From contig DASSBV010000036.1 in the NCBI GenBank assembly GCA_035698545.1, positions 1 to 51,003 on the forward strand: a DNA stretch of 51,003 bases. Reading direction: 5' to 3'. The position numbers were made by a program, and so were the translations under genes. Positions 17,669-26,535 of the stretch are shown piece after piece. The stretch's first letter is position 1. Every line of letters begins with the position of its first letter. This stretch comes from Gaiella sp. GTDB lineage: Bacteria; Actinomycetota; Thermoleophilia; Gaiellales; Gaiellaceae. The notes under the pieces were generated by a model, which worked only from the letters and a program-made list of their open reading frames with translations, ran no database searches and was not told the origin of the DNA.

Positions 17669-17911
17669 TCAGCCCGCAGAAGGCCGCCCGGCGCCGAGAG
17701 CGTCCCGCAGGTCGTCCTCCGTCAGCTCGTAGCGGAAGCGCTCGATCCCGTCGAGCTCGACGAGCGGTATCACCGCTCGATATCGACGCTCGAGCTCCGG
17801 GACGTCGGTGATATCGACGACCTCGAAGCGCTCACCGCAGACGCTCCGCACGACTTCGAGGGCGACCTCGCAGAGATGGCAGCCGTCCGCGACGTAGACG
17901 CGCACGTCCAT
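17669..17911 (-). CDS. Glutaredoxin-like protein (DUF836 type)
   Basis: 80 aa with a CHLC CxxC motif and VDI...Y...IP.V..DG. Upstream of rex, as commonly seen in actinobacteria. Confidence 0.8.
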   Translation of the reverse strand: MDVRVYVADGCHLCEVALEVVRSVCGERFEVVDITDVPELERRYRAVIPLVELDGIERFRYELTEDDLRDALGAGRPSAG

Positions 17912-17921
17912 CCTGGGTGCG

Positions 17922-19193
17922 TCACGGATAGAGGCCGCGGGTGGTCGTCGCCTCGGCGACGCGCTGCACCGCGAGGCCGTATGCCGCCGTGCGCATGCTC
18001 GTGCCGAAGCGCTCACGGGTCGACCATGTCTCCTCGAAAGCACGCACGACGATGTCGTTCAGCTTCGCGTTGACCTCGTACTCCTTCCAGAAGTACTCCT
18101 GGAGGCCCTGCACCCACTCGAAGTAGGAGACGACCACGCCGCCTGCGTTTGCGAGCACGTCGGGCAGTACGAGGATGCCCCGGTCCTCGAGCACGTCGTC
18201 CGCCCCCGGCGTCGTGGGGCTGTTGGCCGCCTCGCAGATCATGTGCGCGCGGATGCGCGGAGCATTGTCGGCGGAGATCGCCTGCTCGAGCGCGGCCGGG
18301 ACGAGGACGTCGCACTCGAGCTCGAGCAGATCCTCGTTCGTCGCGTCCTCGCCGCCCGGCAGCCCCGAGAGGACGCCGTGCTCCGCCTTGTGGACGATCG
18401 CCGCCGGCACGTCGAGCCCATAGGAGTTGACGACCGCGCCGTTGGAGTCCGAGAGCGCCACGACGCGAGCGCCCTCCTCGGCGAGGAGCCGGGCGAGATT
18501 CCGGCCGACGTTGCCAAAACCCTGAATCGCGACCCGCGTGTCCGGGAACCTGCGCCCCTCCTTCTGCAACGCGGTGCGGATGCAGTAGAGGACGCCTCGC
18601 GCGGTCGCGCCGTCGCGCCCGACCGACCCGCCGAGCGCGAGGGGCTTCCCCGTGACCACGCCGAGCACCGAGTGCCCGACGTTCATCGAGTAGGTGTCGA
18701 AGATCCAGGCCATCACCTGCGCGTCCGTGCCGACATCCGGCGCGGGGATGTCCTTCTCCGGTCCGATCTCGTTGATGATCTCGGTCGTGTAACGACGCGT
18801 GAGGCGCTCGAGCTCGCCGGCGGAGAGAGCCTTCGGATCGCAGACCACGCCGCCCTTGGCGCCGCCGAAGGGAAGACCCATCAGCGCGCACTTCCACGTC
18901 ATGCCCATCGCGAGCGCCTTGATCTCGTCGTGGGTGACGCTCGGGTGGTAGCGGATGCCGCCCTTCGCCGGGCCGCGGGTCACGTTGTGCACGACGCGAT
19001 ACCCGTCGAAGACGCGCACCGCCCCGTCGTCCATCGAGACAGGAACCGACACCTCGACGCTCTTCTTGCACCCCCGCATGACGGCGAGGAGGTTCGCATC
19101 GACACCGAACGCCTCGCCGACCCGCGCGAGCTGTGCACGCGTGAGGGAGAACGGGTTCTCCCGGAGGTGGGTCGACGTCTCGGTCGCGCTCAT
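17922..19193 (-). CDS. gdhA: Glu/Leu/Phe/Val dehydrogenase (glutamate dehydrogenase)
   Basis: GPAKGGIRY, MTWKC, GGAKGG, DIPAPDVGT, QGFGNVG and NAGGVVVSYFEW motifs. Confidence 0.92.
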   Translation of the reverse strand: MSATETSTHLRENPFSLTRAQLARVGEAFGVDANLLAVMRGCKKSVEVSVPVSMDDGAVRVFDGYRVVHNVTRGPAKGGIRYHPSVTHDEIKALAMGMTWKCALMGLPFGGAKGGVVCDPKALSAGELERLTRRYTTEIINEIGPEKDIPAPDVGTDAQVMAWIFDTYSMNVGHSVLGVVTGKPLALGGSVGRDGATARGVLYCIRTALQKEGRRFPDTRVAIQGFGNVGRNLARLLAEEGARVVALSDSNGAVVNSYGLDVPAAIVHKAEHGVLSGLPGGEDATNEDLLELECDVLVPAALEQAISADNAPRIRAHMICEAANSPTTPGADDVLEDRGILVLPDVLANAGGVVVSYFEWVQGLQEYFWKEYEVNAKLNDIVVRAFEETWSTRERFGTSMRTAAYGLAVQRVAEATTTRGLYP

Positions 19194-19220
19194 CTGCCTC
19201 GTGCCACCGCGCGGCCGACT

Positions 19221-21773
19221 CTAGCGGAGCGTGAAGGGAACGTTCACCACGGTCGGCCGGCCGCCGCCGACGGGCGAGCCGATGATCCGAAGCACGTACG
19301 AGCCCGACCTGAGCCGCGCGCCCTGCGGGCCTCGCCCGGTCACGCCGATCGCGTACCTCCCGGGCAGCAGGTCGCGGAGGCGGACCAGCCGTCCGACCGG
19401 CCGCTTGCCGCGGAGAAGCTCGATGTCGAGCCGCGCGAGCGGCAGGATCTGCGGTCGCTCGGGGGACCCGTCGACGCGACCGGCGACGAGCGTGAGCACG
19501 GTCGGCGAGCGCTCGTTCGGCGCGAAGCGCTCCTGGGAGAGCCGGACGCCGCTAACCACCGGGCGGTTCGTGACCGGCACCGCCGCCGTCCACGGGATGC
19601 GGAGCCGCACTCCCCTGCCCGCAGTCGCGACGATCGCGCCGGCGAGGGCCGTCGGGGCCGACGGCCGCGTCTGCGCGCGCACCGTGACTCCGATCGTCGC
19701 CGACTTCCCCGGGCGCAGCACGATGCGACTCCGGCTCGTCTCGACGGTCACGCCCGCGGACGACGGGCCGGCGCTCAGCCGGATCCGGAGCGGCCGGCGC
19801 GAGACATTGCGCAGGGTCAGCTCGCCCGTCGTCTGTTTCCGCCGCGTGAGCAACGCTCCCAGCGTGACCGTGGGCGGGTCCGCGACGAGCTCCTCGGCCG
19901 AAGCCCCCGACGGGTTCACCAGCCCTACGGCCGTCCCGCCCGGGCCTCGGCGCGCGGAGGCGACGAGCGCACCGCGCAGCCCTCCCGAGTCGAGATCTGG
20001 CCTGGCGTCCGCGAGGAGAGCCGCCGCGCCGGCGACGACCGCCGCCGCCGCGCTCGAGCCGCTGATCGTCCCGTACCGCGCGGAGCCGCCCTCGTTGCGG
20101 CCGGGCACCGACGTCACGAGGCCGACGCCGGGCGCGCCGATCGCAGGCTGGGCACCACCGTCCAGCGCGAGCCCCGTGCTCGAGAACGGCGCGACGGCGC
20201 CGAATGCGGCGTTGGCGTCGAACGCGGAGGCGCCCACTGACAGTTGGGCGGGGATGCCCGCGCGAAGCGCGGCACGGAGCTTCGTCGCGGCGCCGAGCGG
20301 GATGCCCACGATCGGCACGTCGATCGGGTCGTCGATCCCCAGCGAGCCGGCCGGCAGCGGCCCTTGCACGAGCACCGCCCGGACACCCGCGGCGGACAGC
20401 TCGCTCACGACCTCCGGTGTCGTCGGGCCGGGCGGCAGCAGCGTTGCGGCACCCGCGACCTTGCTGTAGCCGGCGGGGTCGAACAGCCGGTCGAGCGCAT
20501 TGCCCTCCGTCACCGCCACGACCTGGCGGCGCGGCAGAGCGACGACCGGCGCGTCGAGGACGTCTCCGGGGCCGAACGCGCCCCCGAGCGGCGTCTCGCC
20601 CGAGGCGAGGACGCCGAGCCCCGCGCGGAGCAGGACATGCGCGGTCGGGCTGCGCCTGCGCGAGTCGGTCGCCGCGACGCCGAGCGCGCCGGGCGTCCCG
20701 CCTGGCGCGGCCACGCTCCCGTAGCCCGGTCCGGCGGCGCCGTCGTTGCCGGCGGGGGCGACGACGAGGGTGCCGAGCTCCAGGGCCCCGCGCGCGGCGC
20801 GCGCGAGCGGGCTATCGGGGAAGGATGCATAGGGCTCGACGACGCCGACGAGCGCGACTCGGGCGGCGTCGTGCGCATCGCCGTCGGCGTTCGGGTCGAC
20901 CGCGGCCTCGAGCCCGGCGAGCAGCTGGTCCGAGCGGCCGTAGACGGAGACGCCTCCCTCGGCATCCGGCTGCCAGCCCGCCACACGAATCGGCAGGATC
21001 GAGGCGCCGGGGGCGACGCCATGCAACCCCTCCGGGCCGCGCGATCCGGCGACGAGACCGGCGAGCTCCGTCCCATGGCGCTCGGGCCGGCCCGGCAGAG
21101 TCGGGTTCTGCTCGGCGGAGGCATCGCTTCCCGGATCGAGCTCGTCGATTCCCGGGAGGAGCGAGCCCTGGAGGTACGGATGCCGCGTGTCGACCCCCGT
21201 GTCGAGGAGGGCGATCGTGATCCCGGTGCCATCGGCTCCAGGCAACGAAACGTCGACGCGCGTGTCGGCCCCCGGCTCGGGGATGTCCGCGTCGACGTTC
21301 GGGCTCGGCACCGCTGCCGGATACACAGCCCGGACCGGATAGACGCCGGCGACGCCCGGGTCGCGCTCGAGCGCGGGAATGAGCCGTGGGTCGAGCGCCC
21401 CGGCAAAGCCGTTGAAGACCCGGACGTACGACTGCTCGGGGTCGATCGGCGCTCCATGGAAGGCGAGCCGCAGAATCGCCCGCCGTTGCAGGTCGGCGGC
21501 CGCGTCTGTCCAGGCGCGCATCTCTCGCTCGGTCGCCTGGCCGCCGGCACGGCGGACGCGATCTGCGAGCGACGGCGCCTTCAGCACGACGATCCAGCGC
21601 CCGCCGAGCTGCGGCAACGGCCTGCTGCCGAGGAGGCCCTGCCAGCCAGCTGCGCCGCTCGCGTCGTCGCCGTCCGCTGCTCCCGCGGCGCCGCCGAGCG
21701 CAAGCGCCAGGACGACGGCGAGCGCGGCTCCGGCCGCCGAGAGAGCCGCCGCGCTACGCGGACGCGTACGCAT
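19221..21773 (-). CDS. Secreted S8 (subtilisin-like) serine peptidase with PA-like insert and C-terminal Ig-like domains
   Basis: Signal peptide, prodomain YVRVFNGFA, catalytic triad LLDTGVD / HGTELAG / SGSSAA, oxyanion PAGND. Confidence 0.8.
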   Translation of the reverse strand: MRTRPRSAAALSAAGAALAVVLALALGGAAGAADGDDASGAAGWQGLLGSRPLPQLGGRWIVVLKAPSLADRVRRAGGQATEREMRAWTDAAADLQRRAILRLAFHGAPIDPEQSYVRVFNGFAGALDPRLIPALERDPGVAGVYPVRAVYPAAVPSPNVDADIPEPGADTRVDVSLPGADGTGITIALLDTGVDTRHPYLQGSLLPGIDELDPGSDASAEQNPTLPGRPERHGTELAGLVAGSRGPEGLHGVAPGASILPIRVAGWQPDAEGGVSVYGRSDQLLAGLEAAVDPNADGDAHDAARVALVGVVEPYASFPDSPLARAARGALELGTLVVAPAGNDGAAGPGYGSVAAPGGTPGALGVAATDSRRRSPTAHVLLRAGLGVLASGETPLGGAFGPGDVLDAPVVALPRRQVVAVTEGNALDRLFDPAGYSKVAGAATLLPPGPTTPEVVSELSAAGVRAVLVQGPLPAGSLGIDDPIDVPIVGIPLGAATKLRAALRAGIPAQLSVGASAFDANAAFGAVAPFSSTGLALDGGAQPAIGAPGVGLVTSVPGRNEGGSARYGTISGSSAAAAVVAGAAALLADARPDLDSGGLRGALVASARRGPGGTAVGLVNPSGASAEELVADPPTVTLGALLTRRKQTTGELTLRNVSRRPLRIRLSAGPSSAGVTVETSRSRIVLRPGKSATIGVTVRAQTRPSAPTALAGAIVATAGRGVRLRIPWTAAVPVTNRPVVSGVRLSQERFAPNERSPTVLTLVAGRVDGSPERPQILPLARLDIELLRGKRPVGRLVRLRDLLPGRYAIGVTGRGPQGARLRSGSYVLRIIGSPVGGGRPTVVNVPFTLR

Positions 21774-22725
21774 CGAGCGCAAGGTAGCCGGGCGAGGCTA
21801 GGGGTCGCGCGAAGCGCGCCGCTGACGCGATCATCGCCGCGTTGTCGGTGCAGAGCGCGAGCGGCGCGAAGCGGGCGTCCGGGAGCGCGGCGCGCAGCTC
21901 CGAGTTCGCGGCGACACCGCCGACGACCGCGACCGTCCGCTCGCCTGTCTGCTCCGCCGCCGCCTGCAAGCGCCCGACGAGCGCCCGGACGATCGCGCGC
22001 TGGTAGGACGCGGCGAGGTCCGCCCGGCGCGACTCGAGCTCGTCCGCCTCGAGGTCCCGCACGGCGTACAGGAGCGCGGTCTTGAGCCCGGAGAAGGAGA
22101 AGTCGAGTCCCGGGACACGCGCGACGGGGAAGGAGAACGCGTCGGGATCGCCGTCTCGGGCGAGCCGATCGAGCTCGGCGCCTCCGGGATAGCCAAGGCC
22201 GAGGAGGCGCGCCCCCTTGTCGAACGCCTCGCCCGCCGCGTCGTCGATCGTCGCGCCGAGCACCTCGAATCCGGAGCGGTCGCGAACGGCGAGCACCATC
22301 GTGTGGCCGCCGCTCGCGAGCAGGCACGTGAACGGCGGCTCGAGTGGGTCGGGCTCGAGGTACAGCGTCGCAACGTGCCCGCGAAGGTGGTCGACGGGCA
22401 CGAGCGGCAGGCCGCGTGCCCATGCGAGCGCCTTGGCGGCCGACAGCCCAACGAGCAACGCGCCGACGAGGCCAGGGCCCTGCGTCACGCCGATGCGCGA
22501 GACGTCCGCGAGCGTCGCTCCCGACTCGTCGAGCGCAGCCCGGACGACCGGAGAGATGAGCTCTAGGTGCCGCCGCGAGGCGACCTCCGGCACGACGCCT
22601 CCGTAGCGGGCGTGGAGATCCGCCTGGGACGCCACCACGGACGACAGGATCGTGCCGTCCCCCCGAACGACGGCCGCCGCCGTCTCGTCGCACGAGGTCT
22701 CGATCCCGAGCACGAGCCCATTCAC
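21754..22725 (-). CDS. tsaD: tRNA N6-adenosine threonylcarbamoyltransferase TsaD
   Basis: LGIETSCDETA, GGVVPEVASRRH, ASGGHT, DDAAGEAFDK, FSFSGLKT and CTDNAAMIA motifs. Confidence 0.95.
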   Translation of the reverse strand: MNGLVLGIETSCDETAAAVVRGDGTILSSVVASQADLHARYGGVVPEVASRRHLELISPVVRAALDESGATLADVSRIGVTQGPGLVGALLVGLSAAKALAWARGLPLVPVDHLRGHVATLYLEPDPLEPPFTCLLASGGHTMVLAVRDRSGFEVLGATIDDAAGEAFDKGARLLGLGYPGGAELDRLARDGDPDAFSFPVARVPGLDFSFSGLKTALLYAVRDLEADELESRRADLAASYQRAIVRALVGRLQAAAEQTGERTVAVVGGVAANSELRAALPDARFAPLALCTDNAAMIASAARFARPLASPGYLALDAYASA

Positions 22726-23198
22726 GCGCCTGGCGCCTCCTCCTCGGCGGGATCGGCGTCGCGCCACATGATCAGCGCGTCCTCTCGGTTGTCGGTGTAG
22801 TAGCCGCGCCGCACGCCCTTCGGGCGAAAGCCGAAGCGCTCGTAGAGGCTGATCGCGCCGACGTTGGAGACCCGGACCTCGAGGGTGTAGCCACGGCGGG
22901 CGTCGCCGCCGCGGGTCTCGTCGAGGAGCTGCCGCAGGAGCGCAGAGGCGATGCCCTCGCGTCGCCGACCGGGCGCGACCGCGACGTTCATCACGTGCCA
23001 CGCGTCGACGTAGCGGGAGAGGATCAGGTACCCGACCAGCGCGCCCGCCTCGTCGACCGCGCCGAGCGAGAGTGAGCTCGGCTTCGCGAGCTCGCCCGCG
23101 AACATCGAGCGCGACCAGGGTGTCGGGTACGAGGCCCGCTCGATCCGCTCGACCTCGTCGAGGTCGCCGAGCTCGAGCCGGCGCAGCGTGATGCTCAC
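22722..23198 (-). CDS. rimI: Ribosomal protein S18 alanine N-acetyltransferase RimI
   Basis: PW, HVMNVAV, TLEVRVSN..AISLYERFGF and RRGYYTDNREDALIM motifs. Lies between tsaB and tsaD. Confidence 0.9.
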   Translation of the reverse strand: MSITLRRLELGDLDEVERIERASYPTPWSRSMFAGELAKPSSLSLGAVDEAGALVGYLILSRYVDAWHVMNVAVAPGRRREGIASALLRQLLDETRGGDARRGYTLEVRVSNVGAISLYERFGFRPKGVRRGYYTDNREDALIMWRDADPAEEEAPGA

Positions 23199-23202
23199 GA
23201 CG

Positions 23203-23787
23203 TCACGCCTCTCGAGGCTTCGCATCGGGCTCACGGACGTAGACGGGCTCGATCTCCTCGACCGGGCCGAACTCGCGTGCGAGAGAGGCATGGAGCGCGG
23301 CGCGCGGGAGATGGCGCGGGTCGTCGTCCGGCGGGACGATCGCGCCGCCCGCCTCGAGGATGTCGCGGTAGCGGACGGCGCCATTGCCGACGCAGAGCGT
23401 GCCCGACGCGTCGACCCTCTCCGGCGCACGAGCCTCGGGGCCGGGGACGAACACCTCGCCGCGCCGCGCGTCGACCATCGGCAGCGCGCCGTTGGCGCCG
23501 GCCGCAAGCGCGTCCAGGGTCGAGACGCCGGCGCCTTCGACGCCGAGCGCGAGCCCGAGCCCACGGGCGACCGCGATGCCGACTCGCGTGCCGGTGAAGC
23601 TCCCCGGGCCGGTGCCGACCACGAGCGCGTCGAGGTCGCGCGGACGTGCCGAGGCCTGGCGAAACAGCGCATCGACGTCCTCGAGCAGCGTCTGCGCGCG
23701 CGAGGCTCGCTCGCCGAGCACCTCCCCGTCGGAGACGAGCGCGCTCGTGGCGACGTCAGTCGCCGTGTCGAAGGCCAGGATCAGCAC
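23203..23787 (-). CDS. tsaB: tRNA threonylcarbamoyladenosine biosynthesis protein TsaB
   Basis: ILAFDTAT, GPGSFTGTRVG, DARRGEVF and EPVYVREPDA motifs. Confidence 0.92.
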   Translation of the reverse strand: MLILAFDTATDVATSALVSDGEVLGERASRAQTLLEDVDALFRQASARPRDLDALVVGTGPGSFTGTRVGIAVARGLGLALGVEGAGVSTLDALAAGANGALPMVDARRGEVFVPGPEARAPERVDASGTLCVGNGAVRYRDILEAGGAIVPPDDDPRHLPRAALHASLAREFGPVEEIEPVYVREPDAKPREA

Positions 23788-24232
23788 CGGTGAGAGCTTG
23801 TAGCAGCGACTCCTCCGCCGCGTCCACGTGCACGGTTCGCCGCTCGGGCGAGACGTGCTCGAGCCGCACGCGCGCGCGTTCGGCCGGAAGCGTCCCGCTC
23901 CCGGCCTCGGGCCATTCCACGAACACGACGGCAGCGTCGAAGTACGGCTCGAGGTCCCCCCACTCCGCCGCCTCCAGGACGCGAAAGCGATAGAGGTCGA
24001 GGTGCGAGACGTCCATCGTCCCCGCGTAGCGGTGGCCGATCGTGAACGTCGGGCTGGTCACGCGTGCGGTGACGCCGAGAGCGCGGCAGGCGCCGCGCAC
24101 GAAGGTCGTCTTCCCCGCCCCGAGCTCCCCCGAGACGAGCACCACGTCGCCGGGAGCGAGCCGCCTTGCGAGCCGTCCCGCGAGCGCCTCCGTCTCCTCC
24201 GGCGAGCCGGAGACGAGCTCGAGGCCGGGCAT
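23756..24232 (-). CDS. tsaE: tRNA threonylcarbamoyladenosine biosynthesis ATPase TsaE
   Basis: GELGAGKT, VTSPTF, HLDLYR and VEW motifs. Confidence 0.93.
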   Translation of the reverse strand: MPGLELVSGSPEETEALAGRLARRLAPGDVVLVSGELGAGKTTFVRGACRALGVTARVTSPTFTIGHRYAGTMDVSHLDLYRFRVLEAAEWGDLEPYFDAAVVFVEWPEAGSGTLPAERARVRLEHVSPERRTVHVDAAEESLLQALTGADPGLRHGD

Positions 24233-24234
24233 CC

Positions 24235-24900
24235 CTAGAAGAGGCCGAGCTGGGCGGGCTCGCGCACGAGCGGCCGCTCCCTGGGGATCGGCTCGCGCTC
24301 CGACCGTGCCGCAGCCTGCGGGGGCCGCCCCAGGAGCTCGCCGAGCCTGCCGACGTCGCGCTCGAGCACCTCGAGCATCGTCGGCGTGTACAGCGCAGCG
24401 GCCGGGTGGTAGAGCGGGAAGAGCGTGACGCAACGCCCGCCGAGCGTGACCTCCTGCTCCTGGCCGTGGACGCGCGTGATCCCGAGCGCCCGGCCGGAGA
24501 GGAGCGTCGTCGCGAAGCTGCCGAGGCTGGCGACCACTCGGGGCTGGACGAGCTCGAGCTGGCGATAGAGGTACGGCTCGCACTCGGCCGTCTCCTCGGG
24601 CGCCGGGTCGCGGTTGCCAGGCGTGCGGCACTTGAGCACGGTCGCGAGGTACACCTCGTCGAGCCGCAGACCGATCCCACCGAGGAGTCGCTCGAGGAGA
24701 TCGCGCGACCGTCCAGCGAACGGCGTCCCCTCCCGGTCCTCGTGAAATCCCGGTGCCTCGCCGACGAGCGCCAGCTCCGCGTCCGGGTCGCCCTCGCCGA
24801 ACACGACCGCGGTGCGGCCGGTGGAAAGCGCGCACCGGACGCACCCGGCGGCCTCGGCGGCCACCGCGCGGAGTGACGCTGCGCGCTCCGACGCGTCCAT
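24235..24900 (-). CDS. Uracil-DNA glycosylase, family 4 (Fe-S)
   Basis: CxxC (CVRC), GEAPGFHED, LKCRTPGNRDP and YHPAA motifs. Confidence 0.88.
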   Translation of the reverse strand: MDASERAASLRAVAAEAAGCVRCALSTGRTAVVFGEGDPDAELALVGEAPGFHEDREGTPFAGRSRDLLERLLGGIGLRLDEVYLATVLKCRTPGNRDPAPEETAECEPYLYRQLELVQPRVVASLGSFATTLLSGRALGITRVHGQEQEVTLGGRCVTLFPLYHPAAALYTPTMLEVLERDVGRLGELLGRPPQAAARSEREPIPRERPLVREPAQLGLF

Positions 24901-24955
24901 CGGCATCAACTCTACGGGCCGGTCCGGTCGCCCGGCCGAAGCGGTTCGACAGCGT

Positions 24956-25174
24956 CTAGTGGCCGCAGCCGCAGCTGCCGCCGCAGCACCCGCCGCCGCC
25001 CGAGCTCGTCATACCGCTCGGCTTCTGCGTCGAGCCGTGGACTGCGAACGAGGAGAGCTGCTTGAGCACCTTCGCAGCGCCGCAGCTCGGGCAGGTGACC
25101 GCCTGGTCGCTCGAGCGAACGAGCTCCTCGAAGTGGTCCTCGCACTCCATGCAGGCGTACTCGTAGATCGGCAT
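24956..25174 (-). CDS. FmdB family zinc-ribbon protein
   Basis: MPIYEYACMEC...FEEL...CPSCG, with a Cys/Gly-rich tail. Confidence 0.88.
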   Translation of the reverse strand: MPIYEYACMECEDHFEELVRSSDQAVTCPSCGAAKVLKQLSSFAVHGSTQKPSGMTSSGGGGCCGGSCGCGH

Positions 25175-25192
25175 GACCGTAGTGTAGTGGCC

Positions 25193-25786
25193 GTGAGCGG
25201 CGCAGGCTGGGACGTACCCGCGCTCGAGGGCAGGATCGTGCGGCTCGAGCCGCTCGCGCCGCGCCACGCGGACGGGCTCTGGGGGGCGTCGCGCGACTCG
25301 CGGACCTGGCGCTGGCTCTCCGTCGTGCAGCCCGCGACCCGAGAGGCGTTCGACGCCTGGATTGACGACGCCGTCGCCGCGCGCGCTGCCGGCACGGAGA
25401 TCCCCCTCGTGACGCTGCGCGACGGACGGGTCGTCGGCTCGACGCGGTTCCTGGCGCTTCGCCCCGAGCACCGTTCGGTCGAGATCGGCTGGACGTGGCT
25501 CGACCCCTCGGCGTGGAGCACCGGGACCAACGTGGAGGCGAAGCTCCTGATGCTCGGTCATGCATTCGAGACGTGGGGCTGCCGCCGCGTCGAGCTGAAG
25601 ACGGACGCCCGCAACGAGCGCTCACGCGGAGCGATGGAGGCGATGGGCGCGACCTTCGAGGGGATCCACCGGCATCACATGCTCGTCCGCGAGGGCGAGA
25701 ACCGCGACAGCGCCTGGTACGCCGTGCTCGACGACGACTGGCCGCGGGTGCACGACGGCCTCGTCGCGCGGCTCGCCCGCATGTAG
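25193..25786 (+). CDS. GNAT family N-acetyltransferase (RimJ/RimL type)
   Basis: LEGRIVRLEPL, VEIGWTWL, NVEAKLLML, RVELKTDARNERS and FEGIHRHH motifs. Confidence 0.85.
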   Translation: MSGAGWDVPALEGRIVRLEPLAPRHADGLWGASRDSRTWRWLSVVQPATREAFDAWIDDAVAARAAGTEIPLVTLRDGRVVGSTRFLALRPEHRSVEIGWTWLDPSAWSTGTNVEAKLLMLGHAFETWGCRRVELKTDARNERSRGAMEAMGATFEGIHRHHMLVREGENRDSAWYAVLDDDWPRVHDGLVARLARM

Positions 25787-25815
25787 GCGCCGTCGGTTCG
25801 ACTATCCTTTGGGGT

Positions 25816-25841
25816 GCCCGGTATCCGCGAGGAACTGGAGC
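25816..25841 (+). promoter_or_regulatory. 5' UTR hairpin of the pantothenate operon (pan-motif-like)
   Basis: GC-CCGGT-A-TCC-GCGA-GGA-ACTGG-A-GC: a stem with two bulged A's and a GNRA loop that covers the GGAG SD. TATCCT -10 at 25803-25808. Confidence 0.5.
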
Positions 25842-25845
25842 CTGA

Positions 25846-26535
25846 ATGATCGAGAACGTCGAAGTCATCGGGGCGCATGGGCGCGTCGGACGCGCGGTGA
25901 GCGCGCGGCTGACCGAGCGGGGGCTGGTGTTGCCGAGTCGCGAGCCCGACGTCGTGCTGCTCTGCGTGCCCGACCGCGCGATCGCCGAGGTTGCGGCCGG
26001 TGTCGACCCGGGACCATGGATCGGCCACGTGAGCGGCGCCACACCCCTCACGGCGCTCGCGCCCCACGGGCGGCGGTTTTCGCTGCACCCGCTGCAGACG
26101 TTCACCCTCGACCGCGGCCCGGAGCAGCTCGACGGCGCCTGGGCGGCGGTCACGGGTGAGAGCAGCGAGGCGCTTGCCACCGCGACCGAGCTCGCCGAGG
26201 TCCTCGGGCTGCGTCCGTTCGTCCTCGAGGACGAGCACCGCGCGCTCTACCACGCGGGGGCGGCGGTCGCTTCGAACTACCTCGTCACGCTCCGACGTGC
26301 CGCGGGCGAGCTTCTCGCCGCCGCGAACGTCCCGGACGAGGCACTCGACCCGCTGCTGCGGCGCGTGATCGAGAACGGGTTCCAGCTCACGGGGCCGATC
26401 GAGCGCGGTGACTGGGAGACCGTCGAGCGCCATCGCGCCGCGATCGCCGAGCATGCGCCCGAGCTGCTCGACGCGTACGACGCGTTGGCGCGCCTGACGG
26501 CAAGCAACAGACTGTTGCAAGGAGAGCCCGCATGA
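25846..26535 (+). CDS. Rossmann-like/DUF2520 protein, putative ketopantoate reductase (PanG-like)
   Basis: LLCVPDRAI, HVSGA, LHPLQTF, YHAGAAVASNY and LTGPIERGD motifs. First gene of the pan operon. Confidence 0.8.
   Translation: MIENVEVIGAHGRVGRAVSARLTERGLVLPSREPDVVLLCVPDRAIAEVAAGVDPGPWIGHVSGATPLTALAPHGRRFSLHPLQTFTLDRGPEQLDGAWAAVTGESSEALATATELAEVLGLRPFVLEDEHRALYHAGAAVASNYLVTLRRAAGELLAAANVPDEALDPLLRRVIENGFQLTGPIERGDWETVERHRAAIAEHAPELLDAYDALARLTASNRLLQGEPA

Noticed and set aside
21754-24900. udg-tsaE-tsaB-rimI-tsaD as a novel cluster
   Set aside because: Ordinary conserved housekeeping arrangement.
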